The translations under genes and the position numbers were made by a program. From an uncultured Nitrospinota bacterium (GTDB lineage Bacteria > Tectomicrobia > Entotheonellia > J063 > CAVPRW01), in assembly GCA_963707985.1 (NCBI GenBank), contig CAVPRW010000048.1, positions 96,001 through 160,000 of the forward strand: a stretch of 64,000 nucleotides of DNA, read 5' to 3'. Positions within the stretch are counted from its first letter, which is position 1; each line of letters begins with the position of its first letter. Positions 41,076 through 54,024 of this stretch are shown piece by piece. Under the pieces are notes generated by a model. The model saw only the letters and a program-made list of their open reading frames with translations. It was not told where the DNA came from and did no database searches.

Positions 41076-42995
41076 TCACTCCGAGAGCTTGAGTTGACAT
41101 GGTGCTGGATCAATGGAGACCAACAGCGGCCGCGTCATGTGGGTCAGGGATACCAGTGCCTGGCCGGGAGCCAACCCCGGTAGCATGCCCCATTGCCCGC
41201 GATCGATGCCGCTGATCGATTTGCGCAGGCGATCGACGACAGTGCCATCGGCGATCTTGTGCAAGATGAAATTATTGATGAGTCCCAGCACCTCATCCGG
41301 CAGATGCTGTGGCAGTTGCGTGACGAACACCAATCCTAGCCAGCGTTTGCGGCCGCGCTTGGCGATCCTGGCAACCTGCTGGAACAACACTGGCATCTGA
41401 TGGATGCGTTGCGCCGATAGAAACTCATGCGCTTCCTCGATGATAATCACCACCGGCGTCGGGCGTTTACCAGCCGCTCGGGCCCTGTCAGGAAATTCTC
41501 CTCCTGCTGCCGCTGGATGCCCCGCAGCAGGTCGGCGATGACGAGGTTATTCACCGCCGGCGAGTCGGTGTCGGAGAGGTCGATGACCGACACGCACCCC
41601 GGTTGCACCAGACTCGCATGTTCGAATTTCGGCACCCGTGGATTGTCGAAGATCTGCAGCCGTTGCACACGCCACAGTTTGCCCAGCAGCCCCCGCCAGC
41701 TTACCGCCTGGCCGGGCGCCTGGGCGGTTGCAGCACGCTGGCGAATGATAGCGCTCTTTACCGCGCAGCTCGAGCGACCGCAGCTCGGAGGCGCGCATGC
41801 CCTCCTCAGACTCGTGGCCCTTGCTTTTGGTGCGTTCATCTCTGGAGCTGGCGGCCATATCGGCAAAGACCCCGGCCACGTCGATGAGCTGGAGCAGGGT
41901 CATTCGGGGATAGCCTCCGTCCAATTCGTCGACCTCTAACGCCAGATTTTCCTCGCCCGGTTTGGGGAAGATTTCCACGTCACGCATGACCAGCTTCAGG
42001 GTGTCGTAGGCCTTTAAGAAGCGCTCCTGCTGGGCCGTCGACAGGTCAAGGATTTCCATCACGGCATCGGGTGAGAGATTCGCGAACTGCAAACAAAACG
42101 GTTTGACAATCGCCCCGTGTGCCTCCCGGCTCGTCTCTCTGCCGATCAGGTGGAGGATGCGCAAGTTCCTGGTGCCGTCGGGTGCCAGATGCCGTTGTCT
42201 CAAGGCCGTCAACATTTGTTGGTCTGTGACGGGGAGGTCCATTTCGGTGTATTCGCCTTCGACGTCGATCAGGATCGTCGCCACGCCTGCCCGCTGCAGT
42301 CGGTGCACCAGGCCTGCCACGCTGGTCGATTTGCCGCTGCCCGTGGTGCCGATGATGCCGAGGTGCCGCGGTAGCACGGATTTTTTATCCGTAGGGATAC
42401 CGACTACGATCTCATCCTGGCCGACGACTAGCCCGAGGCGCGCATCGCCGCCGACATTCAGCACCTGCGCCGTCTGCTCGGCATTGAGGGGGAACACCGG
42501 GCTGTTAGGCCTGGGCCGGTAGCGCGGCGGGATCACCTGACCGTCGCTCTCCTCGCCCAGGATCTGCACATAGGCACGCCCATGGTATCGTGGCAGGAAT
42601 ATGCCGCCCTGCACGGTAGTGGTCACCATCAGGGGGGAGTCCGGGCGAAAGCCGTCGGGCTCGGCGAACGGCCCGGCAACGACTGTTCCCAGGTAGGTGC
42701 GGTCCAATGTGTTGTCGTCATTGAGGCTCTTGATGCGGACCAGGGTTTGCGAGGGAAGCTGGTTCATGTGCTCTTTGGTCAGCAGGATCGTGATGGCATT
42801 GTCCTCGCTGGACGGGGTGTCAAAATGAGTGTACGCCACGGCGCCCTCAGTACCTGGCCGCGGCTTGTATGGCCCGCCGACCTCTTCCGCTACCGCTGTT
42901 AAACTCGCCAGGGTGTCGGCCGACACCGAACGCACGGTGGGCTCAGAAGCAGGTTCTGATGGTAGGGATCCGTTGTCTTGTGATGTGTCAACCAT
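41076..42995 (-). CDS. herA: HerA/FtsK-family ATPase, two frameshifts (near 41750 and 41470)
   Basis: HAS-barrel-like N-terminus, RHLGIIGTTGSGKS, IDVEGEY, IIIEEAHEF and KRGRKRWLGLVFVTQLP. Confidence 0.85.
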
Positions 42996-43058
42996 AGGAT
43001 GACCTCCTTTCACCCTGTATTCCCCGCGCCACCAGCAAGTGCGGCAGCATGCTCACGC

Positions 43059-43883
<825 letters not shown>

Positions 43884-43904
43884 TCACGCGGCTAAGGTCT
43901 TTCC

Positions 43905-44650
43905 TTAGTGCTGCTTCCGGAGTCCGGCACGAATGTCCTCCACGAACGAACGGAGCGGACGCCGGACCATACGCTGGATGGTTTTGTTGAACGCATAGGC
44001 AGGCAGGCCAAAGTGAGTCGCCAGGGGGGCGCGGACGTCATCAGGGGTCACCCCCTGACGGTTCAATAGCGCGTCGAGGACATTGCGAACACACGCCTGC
44101 GGTGCCGCGAGTTCGAGGGCTAAGCGATCGGCGCGGTCCTCGGCATGGACCACCGTCCTATCATCCTCTACATCAATCCCCAGCCGTGGCAGTAGGTGAA
44201 TATGTGCCCCCAGGCGGACGTGTGACAGAATCGCGGCGGCGCGCTCCGCCGGGGTTGGCCGTCGGAGGCCATCCAGTACCTCAGTCATGTGTGCGCCAAG
44301 CGCCTGCAGTACTTGCGACCGCGGCAAGAAATAATCGGCGAGAAAGTGTGCCACCTCATGGGCAACGGTCAGGCGCTGTTCCTCCAGACTCTCGGCGTCA
44401 CTGATAAAGATGAACCCATGACCACGATGGGCGACGAGACAGCCATAAAGGTCGCGCTGATCGTTGGGCAATCGGATGATGATCCCTCGCTGTTGCAGCC
44501 AATTCCTGGCTGCCGCTACGTTGGTCTGTGGTTGTTTGATAATGACCAGTGGCAGCTTCAGAGGAGCGGCCTGCTCAATCTGCCTGGGAAACGTGTTGTG
44601 CCAGCCAGTTCCCGCCCAGAAATTCCGCGCTAACCCTTCAAGCAAAGCCA
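43905..44650 (-). CDS. ImmA/IrrE-family metallopeptidase; 5' end probably lost
   Basis: FIFISD...EQRLTVAHEVAHFL (HExxH) and EDRADRLALELAAP. Confidence 0.8.
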
Positions 44651-45886
44651 AAGGGACCGACCGGGAAACGCCGGTGTAAGCTTGCAATGGCACGGGGGGT
44701 CGTCTCGATGACGACAAATCCGATTTCCTTGGCTAATTCCCCCAGCACAGTATGCGACATGACGCGTTCACCCTTGATCACGTTGTTGGCGATGACAAAG
44801 AGGGCATGACCGCCCGACCTCAAGACGCGCCATGTCTGCACTAGTACCGCTTCGAGGTCAGCAAAAAAGGCACACAGCCGTTTGATGCGAGCTACGTGGT
44901 TGAAGAGCGGCGTTGGGATCAGATGACCTATCTTGGGACGCGCCTGTAGCCATGCGTTGGGGTCAAAGCGGCCGGCATAACGGAGCCCGACGTAGCGCTG
45001 CCGGCTTGCGAGGGCCGTCGGGGCGTAGCCGTTCATCCAGCACAAAGACATCCGGTGGGCGCGCGGGTAATCAACGGCGTTGAAGTATGGGGGAGAGGTG
45101 ATGACCAGCGCTTGGCTCCGATCCGGAACGAGCGGTAATGGCTCACGGGCGTCGTGCGGGTAGATGATTCGGCAGCTACTGGCCAACGCATCGAGTACGC
45201 CGGCGTCACGATAGATCCCATGCAGTGTGCCCAAACACGTCAGCGTTCGGTCCAGGCGCTTGATATAGGTGGGTCAGTACCCGGTCGAGCGTTAATCGCT
45301 GCACGCGTCGGTGCGGCCGCGTGTGGTCGATATCCATGGCGTAACTCAGAGTGTGCGGCCATTTCGCGATGATCGAAGCGGAGAGGCTGATGAGTGCCAC
45401 ACGTTCGAGGTGTACATCCTGACATTCATGTGCTGCTGTCGCGACGGCACCTAGGGCGGCGATCACCTGGGGCGGAAACCAGTAGGTCAACTCAGGAAAC
45501 TCGGGAACACGCAGTTGCAGTGATTCGATCGACCAAATTGTCCCCGGGCGGAGTCGCGGACGCTGTTTCCACGCCCGCGTGATCGCCTCGAAGTCGTTCG
45601 CTAATCGGGCGACAAATGGGGCACGCCACGCCGCATACCGCTCCTGTGCAAGCGGCGCGCACTTGACTTCCGATAGCATCCCCACCAGTGTGTCGATGTC
45701 GCTGCCGATCGCCCGGCGTTTGTGGGCCAGGCCTGCAACCAGCGTCGTGCCGCTGCCACAAAAGGGGTCGAAGACGCTATCTCCAGGCTGACTGTACCTC
45801 TCAAGAAAGGATTCAACAATTTCAGAAGAGAAGCGAGCACAGTAGGGATGCAAACGGTGGAGCGGCTCCAGTAAGGGCTGAGACAT
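44638..45886 (-). CDS. N4/N6 DNA methyltransferase, frameshift near 45270
   Basis: LHPYCARF, FDPFCGSGTT (motif I), ITSPPY (motif IV) and WRVLRSGG. Confidence 0.85.
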
Positions 45887-46189
45887 ATCAGAAGTCTCCC
45901 TATTAGCTCCGCTTGGCCAGGATCTGGTTTCGAGAAGAAGATCATAGCTTGAGATAATACTAATAATCAATCACGACAGTGATTTTAGAAGAATAAGCGA
46001 TAGGAATTTTGGGGGACAGCAGCTACAAGTGAGGAAGACTCGGTTGAATCGAAGGGCGTTTAGCTTGAGGGAAACGGAGTCTCACTAGGATTGAGACGGC
46101 TTCATGCTCCTCGATGAACTCTCCATGACTCGCTCGAACTGCAGCAACGGTGGTTTGGAGGTTGATGTACATCAGCTCGTTGTTTGCCG

Positions 46190-47479
46190 TCACCCCTGCA
46201 GTGCCGCTGCCCTGCCACGTGACTCATCGACCGTGGCCAGGAGCAGAAGGCCGGCCACAAAGAACAGCACGGTGGATAAGATGGCCAGTCGCTGATTGCC
46301 TGCGGTCAGGTAGGTGATCAGCCCATAGCTTAGCGGCCCGACGATCGCAGCCAGCTTGCCTGCCAGTCCCCACAGGCCAAAAAACTCGGCGGCGCGGCCC
46401 TGGGGCGCCAATTGGCCCACCAGCGCTCGGCCACTGGCCTGGCTTGAGCCCAGCGCGATGCCGACCAGGTTGGCGACGACCCAAAACCCAACCCGGCTTT
46501 CGGTCCAAAATGCCAGGCTGCTGGCTGCGATCCAGATCAGCAGTGTGATCGCCAACGTCGGCAGCGAGCCGAGACGGTCCTGGACTCGCCCAAACAGGAA
46601 GGCTCCCACCGCCGCAGTCACGTTGACCACCATGACCAGCAGGATGATGTCATTGGTACGAAAACCCATGACTTCCTGAGCATAGACGGCAGCCAGCACG
46701 ACCACGGTGTTGATGCCACAATAATAGACCGTCAGGGCCATCAGGAAGCGAAAGAGGTCGCGAAATCGTGTGCTGTCGGCCAGGGTGTGACGGAGGCGTT
46801 GGAAACCGATGGTGAGGGAATGCTGGCCCGGACTCCGTGGCACGGAGACGGCCCGCTCCTTCAGCCACAGGAACGTCGGCGTGGCTGCCAGCGCAAACGT
46901 GCCGGCGACAATCAGCATGGTCACGGGCACATACTGCGGGGCGTCGAATCCATGACGCTGGGCCCACGAGACATAGGCCAAACACACCCCGAGGACCGTC
47001 AGGCCCCCGAGATATCCCACAGCCCAGCCATAGGCCGACACTCGGCCCATGGTGCCCCTATCGCTGATTTCGGGGAGGAAGGCGGCGATCAGGTTTTCAC
47101 CCGTGGCAAAGGTGAGATTCGAGAGCACGACCAGGGCCATAGCCAGCCAAACATCCCCTGGCCCGGTGAGTGCCAATAAGGCAGTGCCCAGAACACAACC
47201 GATGGTGGTGACGAGTAGGAAACGTTTTTTGGCGGCGTAGTGGTCGGCGATGGCTCCCACCACGGGGGCGCTGACTAGAACCAACGCATTGGGAATGCTC
47301 ACGGCCATGGTCCAGAGCAGCGTGCCCACGCCTTCCGGGAAGCCCGCGGCTCTTCCGACCACCACCCCTACAAAGTAGGCATTGAAGATCGTCGTGAGCA
47401 CAACGGTGGTATAGCCCGAGTTTGCAAAGTCGTACATCGCCCAGGCGAACAGTTCACGGCGCGGGGCGATCGTGGGCAC
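46190..47479 (-). CDS. MFS transporter (UMF1/Atg22-like)
   Basis: WAMYDFANS, about 12 TM segments and AEFFGLW. Confidence 0.9.
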   Translation of the reverse strand: MPTIAPRRELFAWAMYDFANSGYTTVVLTTIFNAYFVGVVVGRAAGFPEGVGTLLWTMAVSIPNALVLVSAPVVGAIADHYAAKKRFLLVTTIGCVLGTALLALTGPGDVWLAMALVVLSNLTFATGENLIAAFLPEISDRGTMGRVSAYGWAVGYLGGLTVLGVCLAYVSWAQRHGFDAPQYVPVTMLIVAGTFALAATPTFLWLKERAVSVPRSPGQHSLTIGFQRLRHTLADSTRFRDLFRFLMALTVYYCGINTVVVLAAVYAQEVMGFRTNDIILLVMVVNVTAAVGAFLFGRVQDRLGSLPTLAITLLIWIAASSLAFWTESRVGFWVVANLVGIALGSSQASGRALVGQLAPQGRAAEFFGLWGLAGKLAAIVGPLSYGLITYLTAGNQRLAILSTVLFFVAGLLLLATVDESRGRAAALQG

Positions 47480-47494
47480 CAGGACGCCTCCTGT

Positions 47495-50365
47495 TCACCC
47501 TCGCCCGGTGGGAAAGGGTATCGCGGGGCTGGCCTCGAATTCCGGCGCCAGATCCGGCTCGTGGCAGTATTCGAGCATGTGCGCTCGCGCCGCATCCCGT
47601 AGCGCAATAGCGGCCGTCCAATTGGCCCCCTGGGGCATAATCGGGGTGCCGATAGTGACCGTAACCGGGCCTCGACGTGGAAACCACTGCCCGGAGCGCA
47701 AGATGGAGCGGGTGCCGGTGAGGCCCATTGGCACCAGTGGCACGCCGGTCTGCGTCGCCACCACGAAAGCGCCCATGCGAAAGGGCCGTAGCCCGGGCGC
47801 GCGCCCGAAGGTACCCTCTGGAAAAAAGAGCATCGAACGACCCTGGCGTACGGCCTCCAGCACACGATCGGTGTCTTCGACGCCGCGCTGTGGGTCGAAG
47901 CGTTCGACAAACTCGGTCCCAAGACGCCGGAACAGTGTGCGCGCAACGAACTGTTCGGCCAACTCGCGCTTGGCCACAAAGCTGATCGAGCTCGGCAGCA
48001 CTGCGATCAACACCAGGGGATCGAGATAGCTGGCATGGTTCACCACCAGTACACAGGCTTGGTCGCGAGGGAGATGCTCCAGCCCACGGACGCGTACCGG
48101 GAAGCCAAAGAGCCGCAGCAGGAGCTGTGCTAGGCGACGGGCGACGGTTTTGCGCCAGGACAACGTGGGCAAGAGCGCCACGGCGGTCCATAAAGCGGCG
48201 GCACCGATGCCGAGCACGCTCCAGGCGTAGCCCGCATACAGCACTTCGGTCACACTGCGCCATGCCTGACGCAGGCGCGGCAGCACTCCAGCCCAGGCCA
48301 GACGTGTCACTTGCCACCACACGGCGCGCTGCGGCCGACCGATGTCGCCCTGTTCATAGTGCTCGCGGCAGGCGGCACGACGTACCTTGCCGCTCGATGT
48401 CTTCAGCACCGTCTGCGGGGGAGCCAGGACCACATCATCCGCAGCGGTGCCCAGCAAATCGATAATCGTCGCATCGATCTGCTGGCGCAGGTCCTCTTGT
48501 GTCTTGGCATCGGTCTCCCGAGTTTCCGCCACCACCACCAGACGCTCCGTGCCGGACACGGGATCGGTACTGCCGAAGGCAGCGACGCAGCCCTTACGGA
48601 TGCCGGGAAGATCGCCCACGGCCTCCTCGATCTCTTGCGGATAAATGTTGCGCCCGGCACGAATGATCAGGTCCTTGACCCGTCCGGTCACATAGATATC
48701 GCCGCCGGCAATGTAGGCCAGGTCACCGGAATTCAGCCAATCACCGTCGAATAGGCGTCGGGTATCCTCGGGGTTCCGGAAGTAGCCGCTGGTCGCCGAG
48801 GGCCCCTGGAGCTGCAATTGGCCCACTCGTCGCTCAGCAGCCTCATAGCCCGTGGCATCGACGATGCGGATTTGATGTCCGGGCAATGGGCGCCCGCAGG
48901 ACACGAACCGCAGGCCCGTCGAGTCATCCTCGTCGGCCGGGACCGCTTGTCCTGAACGGGTGAAGGGATCGCGTTGGATACGATCGATCCGGACACCACG
49001 GCCGGGCGGCGGAAAGGCCGCACCCAGAGAGGATTCGGCCAGCCCGTATACCGGCGTCATGGTCTGGGGTCGAAAACCATACTTGGCAAAGCGCTCGCAG
49101 AAGCGTGTCACGGTCTCAGGACTGATGGGCTCGGCGCCGTTCAGCGCCATGTGCCAGGAGCTCAGGTCCAGGCCTTCGATGTCGAGATCGTCGATGCGAC
49201 GCAGACAGAGCTCATAGGCAAAGTTCGGCGCCGCCGAGATCGTGCCGCGATGCTGGTGAATCGCCCACAGCCAGCGCTGCGGCCGGGCGAGAAACGCCAG
49301 GGGCGACATCAACACCAGGGGGCAGGCATAGTACAGGCTGCCCATACAGGCGCCGATCAGACCCATATCGTGGTACAGCGGCAGCCAACTCACGAAGGTT
49401 TCGCGCCACGTCGTTCCAGCCACCTGGCCCATGGCGCGAATGTTGGCCAATAGATTGGCGTGGGTCAGGACCACGCCCTTGGGGGTGCCGGTGCTGCCCG
49501 ATGTATACTGCAGGAACGCCACGTCCTCGGGCTGCAAAGTGGGCGCGACAAGGCCCTCCCCACCGCTGGATAACTCCTGCACGGTGACGATGCTCCGTAG
49601 ACCTTCGACTTGTGCCCCTAGCAGTCGCGCCAGCCGCTGGCCCTCTGCAACGGTAATCAGGATCGAGGCCTGAGAATTGTCGAGGATGCTGGCCTGACGA
49701 CGGAGGTGATCCTCGATTTGCGACAGCCGCGCCGGCGGGTAAAGCGGGACGGGAACGCCGCCTGCCAGCAAGACGCCATAAAAGCTATAGAAAAAGTCCA
49801 GACTGGTCGGCAGCATAATGGCGACCATCTGTCCCGGTTGCAGCCCACGCTCCTGCAGACCCGCAGCGACAGCGGCCGCTCCGGCGTGCAATTGGGCATA
49901 GCTGATCTCTTGAGCCACATCCTGATCGCCGTAGAAGTAGAGATGCGGGCGGTTGGAGTGTCGCTGGACGTGCCACTCCAACACCTCGACGAGCGTACCT
50001 GCCCGGAGAGGGGGGGCATCGGCCTCTGAGAGGGATGGTGCTGTGGTCGACCTGGCGTCAATGATGCGGCTGCGCGCACCGGCCGTGATCAATGCCCGCA
50101 GCAAGTCGCGCGGCGTTTCTGCCGTGGCCAGCAATTGGTCGGGCAACTGCACTCCAAAGGCGCGTTCGACCCGTTGTAGTAACTCGACGCGGCCGAGGCT
50201 GTCGAAGCCTAGCTCACGTTCGAGAGAACTATCCAGGCTAGCGGACACGATACTCTGGCGATGTGGGTGCAATTCGAGCGCGACAGTTTGGATCACCTCC
50301 AGTAGGGCCTCGGCTGAGGTATCGGTGGGCGGGGCAACATCCGGCTGATATCGTTGATCGGCCAT
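47495..50365 (-). CDS. ACP - AMP-ligase (FAAL-like) - PlsC acyltransferase fusion
   Basis: LGFDSL, QYTSGSTGTPKG, SWLPLYHDMGLIG, NHASYLD and FPEGT. Confidence 0.92.
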   Translation of the reverse strand: MADQRYQPDVAPPTDTSAEALLEVIQTVALELHPHRQSIVSASLDSSLERELGFDSLGRVELLQRVERAFGVQLPDQLLATAETPRDLLRALITAGARSRIIDARSTTAPSLSEADAPPLRAGTLVEVLEWHVQRHSNRPHLYFYGDQDVAQEISYAQLHAGAAAVAAGLQERGLQPGQMVAIMLPTSLDFFYSFYGVLLAGGVPVPLYPPARLSQIEDHLRRQASILDNSQASILITVAEGQRLARLLGAQVEGLRSIVTVQELSSGGEGLVAPTLQPEDVAFLQYTSGSTGTPKGVVLTHANLLANIRAMGQVAGTTWRETFVSWLPLYHDMGLIGACMGSLYYACPLVLMSPLAFLARPQRWLWAIHQHRGTISAAPNFAYELCLRRIDDLDIEGLDLSSWHMALNGAEPISPETVTRFCERFAKYGFRPQTMTPVYGLAESSLGAAFPPPGRGVRIDRIQRDPFTRSGQAVPADEDDSTGLRFVSCGRPLPGHQIRIVDATGYEAAERRVGQLQLQGPSATSGYFRNPEDTRRLFDGDWLNSGDLAYIAGGDIYVTGRVKDLIIRAGRNIYPQEIEEAVGDLPGIRKGCVAAFGSTDPVSGTERLVVVAETRETDAKTQEDLRQQIDATIIDLLGTAADDVVLAPPQTVLKTSSGKVRRAACREHYEQGDIGRPQRAVWWQVTRLAWAGVLPRLRQAWRSVTEVLYAGYAWSVLGIGAAALWTAVALLPTLSWRKTVARRLAQLLLRLFGFPVRVRGLEHLPRDQACVLVVNHASYLDPLVLIAVLPSSISFVAKRELAEQFVARTLFRRLGTEFVERFDPQRGVEDTDRVLEAVRQGRSMLFFPEGTFGRAPGLRPFRMGAFVVATQTGVPLVPMGLTGTRSILRSGQWFPRRGPVTVTIGTPIMPQGANWTAAIALRDAARAHMLEYCHEPDLAPEFEASPAIPFPTGRG

Positions 50366-50666
50366 CAACTCCTCCACACATTCAGGTGACAGCTTTACTT
50401 TCCCAAGGAATACCATCTTGTGCGGGGTCGGGTCAAGCTGCTCCCCAGCTGCGCAGCAGAGGTTTGACTCGATCTAGGGTAGGGGGATCTCAGCATCTCG
50501 CCTGGCCGATGGGCAAGCGACGCTGATCGCACCGCTCCGTCCCGAAAACCCGAATGAGGTGAAATGCTGGCCATTGGCTCTGGCCGTAATCATTTGTGAG
50601 CGATGCATGGTCCCCTATCCGCTCACCTCTTGCAATGCGGCGCAAACGTCTCGGAGTTGAGGTGTC

Positions 50667-51531
50667 TCATGCTTGCGGGACTGGCAGCATCAGCTGGCTA
50701 ACTTCCGGGTAGGCGGTCAGCATTTGGGGTGGAACGTTTACCGGGGCTCGGGTCAGCCGGCGTCGGACATCTAAGGCGTTGAGCGCCGCCTGTCCCCGAA
50801 AGTGATTGTTCGCAATAAGGTAGACGTCGCGGGCTTGCGCAGCAATGTGCAATAGGACCTCGGTGATCTCCTCCAACTCCGGGGCGGAGTACAAATAGTC
50901 GTAGCGACTGTCCCGGTCGGCATCGTCCTGGAACCAGGTGGCGGTATTGCGCCCATGCAAGCGCAGGTAGCCTATGGCACTCGTCACGTGCTGCGTCAGC
51001 CCCAACGCATACGAGACCTGTGGCTGATCAATGTTGCAAAAGCCGACACCACGCTCATGCAAGAACTCATAGGCAGCGAGGGACATCCCAAGAACGATGC
51101 CGCACCTCAAGTACCAACGGATAGTCGTGAAAACGCTGCACCAACTGGTGCAGGTAGGCGCGGTTGGCCGAAGTGTGATGAAAGGCGTAAGGGAATTGGA
51201 GCAGCAGCGCCCCCAGCTGACCCGCATCGTGTAGAGGCGCCAGCGCGGCTTTCAGAGCCGCCTCATCCTCGGTGTTGGTCTGGCGCCTATGGGTAAACAC
51301 CTGTGGCAGTTTCGCCGTGAACTTGAAGTTTGGGTTGCCAGCCACACGTGCGGCCCAGTCACGAGTCGTCTTCAGCGTTGGGATACGGTAAAAGGTGCTA
51401 TTGATTTCGATGGTGTCGAAGTACTCCGCGAGATGTGACAGGGGATCGAATCCACGCGGTGGTTTCGCAGGGTAGACTCGTCCCTTCCAATCCGGATATG
51501 ACCACCCCGCTAAACCAATTCGCGTCACCAT
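50667..51531 (-). CDS. DUF72 family protein, frameshift near 51085
   Basis: IGLAGWSYPDW, EINSTFY, LLQFP, EVRHRSW, YLRLHGRN and YDYLYS. Confidence 0.88.
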
Positions 51532-51637
51532 GGGACTCTCGCTGTAGATGCGCTCGCCAGCAGAACTGAACTAGGACATTCCTGGCTAGCCTCACATCGA
51601 GCCGGCCAGCCAAGACGGCTGCACTCAACCTTACCAG

Positions 51638-52636
51638 TCACCCGACCAACCGTTGCAGAATCTGCACCATTTCTCTGGAGTCATCGGTCTCGACGCGCAC
51701 GGTATGCATATCGATGCCAGCCGCAGCTTGTGCCTCTATACGCTCGATGCAGGCCTCCACCGGCCCGGCGAAGAACAGATTGTCGACCAGCGCCTCGGGT
51801 ACGGCTGCGGTGCCCGCCGCTCGGCCTCCTTCGTCCCAGGCTTGGCGCACTGTGTCCACAGCTTCTTGATAGCCCAGACGGATAAGCTGTTGGCGGTAAA
51901 AGTCCCCCATATTAGTAATGTAGAAGGCCAGATGTGCCTTGCTCTCCTCGCGGGCTTTGCCGATATCGCGCGTCACCATCACGGCACCAGGCGAGCGCAC
52001 GACAACGCTCTGCGGCTCGCGTCCGGCGTCGCGAACGAGTCGCCGAAAGGCGGCCACTTCAGCTGCCAGATGCGGCAGAGGAATCATCACGGGCATCCAG
52101 CCATCGGCGATGGCGGCCGTTTGCACCACACTCTTCGGCGTCAGGGAGGCGATGAAGACAGGAATGCTGCTGCGCACCGGTGGAAAGCGCAGACGGAAGC
52201 CACGCTCGAGACGAAAGACTTTGCCCTGGTACTTGAGGGGCTCGCCAGCCAGAATCATGCGCATGATCTCGACGTACTCTCGCAGGCGCGTCAATGACGG
52301 CTGAAAGGGTACTCCGTGAAAGTGCTCGATGACGCGGTGGCCGCTGGTGCCGAGCCCGATGATCATCCGGCCGCCGGAGAACTCATCGAGCGTGGCGAAA
52401 TGCTGGGCCAGCGCTGCAGGTGTGCGTGAATAACAATTGACAATGCCTGTACCGAGCTTGAGTCGTGTGGTCTCACGCGCCAATAACGTCAATATCGTGA
52501 AACAATCGCGACCCCAGGCCTCAGCGACCCATACGGTCTCGACCCCAGCCTCCTCGGCCAGACGCACGCGAGTGCAGGCTTGCGCATAGTCCATGGGTCC
52601 CTGCCAGTTGAAACTCATCGATAAGTTCCGCGCCAT
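51638..52636 (-). CDS. LLM class flavin/F420-dependent oxidoreductase
   Basis: AEEAGVETVWVAEAWGRD, LGTGIVN and ATLDEFSGGR. Confidence 0.9.
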   Translation of the reverse strand: MARNLSMSFNWQGPMDYAQACTRVRLAEEAGVETVWVAEAWGRDCFTILTLLARETTRLKLGTGIVNCYSRTPAALAQHFATLDEFSGGRMIIGLGTSGHRVIEHFHGVPFQPSLTRLREYVEIMRMILAGEPLKYQGKVFRLERGFRLRFPPVRSSIPVFIASLTPKSVVQTAAIADGWMPVMIPLPHLAAEVAAFRRLVRDAGREPQSVVVRSPGAVMVTRDIGKAREESKAHLAFYITNMGDFYRQQLIRLGYQEAVDTVRQAWDEGGRAAGTAAVPEALVDNLFFAGPVEACIERIEAQAAAGIDMHTVRVETDDSREMVQILQRLVG

Positions 52637-52694
52637 ATGTGCTCCTTTTCGCTATGTGCCTGCACGGCGTTTACCCCTGCGGCCATGGTGTATT

Positions 52695-53190
52695 TTAGCA
52701 TGAATGGGGCGAGGCCTGTGGCACCGTGCCGTCGAACAGGCGCTCGATGACCTGTTGCCGGTAGTGGAAGATTCGCTCCAGATCTCGCTCCACCACAGAC
52801 AGCCGCATGATGCGTTGGAGCCGGGCGAACGGAGCCCGATATTGCACCGTGTCGCGAAGGCGCGTACCCCCATGTGCGGAAGTGAATTCATGATCATGAT
52901 GCCACAGCTGGAAGGGACCGCGGATCTGCACATCGGTGAACCGATAGGGCGGTTCCCAGGATTCAATGCGGCTCGTCCACGAAATGGGCCAGCCGTGTAG
53001 ATGCAGGCGATAAGAGATCTCTGTCCCGCGTTGAATGGTAGGAGTCGACATCAAACGCACGTGGAACCGTAGCAACGGCGGCGTAATGCGCTCGAGATTA
53101 GCGGCGTCGGCAAAGAAGGTAAATACCTCCTCAAGCGGTCTGGGCACCCAGCCCGCCCATTCGTCAAAGCTGATGACTGCAGCAACCTCC
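52695..53190 (-). CDS. SRPBCC-family protein (start uncertain)
   Basis: WVPRPLEEVFTFF...NLERITPP...FTDVQIRGPF..WHHDH. Confidence 0.85.
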
Positions 53191-53262
53191 TCGCGTAGAC
53201 TGTCTCGTACACGAGCTGTCTCCTCGTGATCGTCATCGACCACCATGACAATCGCGGTAACA

Positions 53263-53390
53263 TGCAGAATAAGGCGATGATAAAATCCATGGTGGTCATG
53301 GGCTCCTCCTCTCCTGGTCGGGTTTCACGGGCCCTACCAGTGTGGAGGAATCGCATGATCACTGCCATTCAGAAAACTAGCGCCATTAGT
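53263..53390 (-). mobile_element. IS982-like left-end remnant
   Basis: End ACTAATGGCGCTAGTT, GAGGAGGAG RBS, then MTTMDFIIALFC, after which similarity stops. Confidence 0.5.
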
Positions 53391-53452
53391 TATTCAGATA
53401 GAGCCTCCTGCGGAAGAGCTGGGGAGCTGGTCGGGATAAGTGATGCCGTTGT

Positions 53453-53713
53453 TCAGGCTCCTGGTTCCTCGCGGTCGTGGGCATGGGCAATCGCCGCACG
53501 CAACCGGGCGTCCAGTCGCCTCGTGTCCACAATGACCTTGCTGTCATGCACCCGGCGGACCGCTTCGGCAGGCACCTCGAAGTCTCCGGCATTCTCGATG
53601 TAGACGACGAGCGCGTTCGTCTGCAGCACGAGGCCGCGGACGGCGCCGAACGTCTCACCGCCCTCTTCGGCAAACACCTGGAATCCAATTTCGATGGGGC
53701 TTTGCTCTGACAT
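53453..53713 (-). CDS. Small hypothetical protein (PRC-barrel-like)
   Basis: IGFQVFAEEGGETFGAV...AVRRVHDSKVIVD; GAGGAGG RBS. Confidence 0.65.
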   Translation of the reverse strand: MSEQSPIEIGFQVFAEEGGETFGAVRGLVLQTNALVVYIENAGDFEVPAEAVRRVHDSKVIVDTRRLDARLRAAIAHAHDREEPGA

Positions 53714-54024
53714 GAGGGACCCTCCTCTTCCGGGGTGCTGGCGCGCACAGGCGCTCACGCAATTTCGTCGTTAAGCATACCGTATCGACTCGCCGGGCAC
53801 AATTGTAACGATTACAGGCATGTCGGCGTCCCATGGGTTTCGCGTCTGCGACCTAGAGGCTGTGCAGGGGTATGAGCCTGCGCGTGGCTAGTGGCACCTG
53901 ATGTCCATGAGCACGGCACATCTTTTGCCTAGCTGATTATTATCGACATCAACACAAAGTGTGTGGGCGGGCGAGCCGCGTCGCGGAGAGGCGCATGACC
54001 GCACGTCGAGAGGAGGGCTGGGAC

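Noticed and set aside
46056..46098. Single CRISPR-repeat-like word ending GGATTGAGAC after an AT-rich stretch
   Set aside because: Only one copy, and it is explained by a local GTCTCA/TGAGAC hairpin
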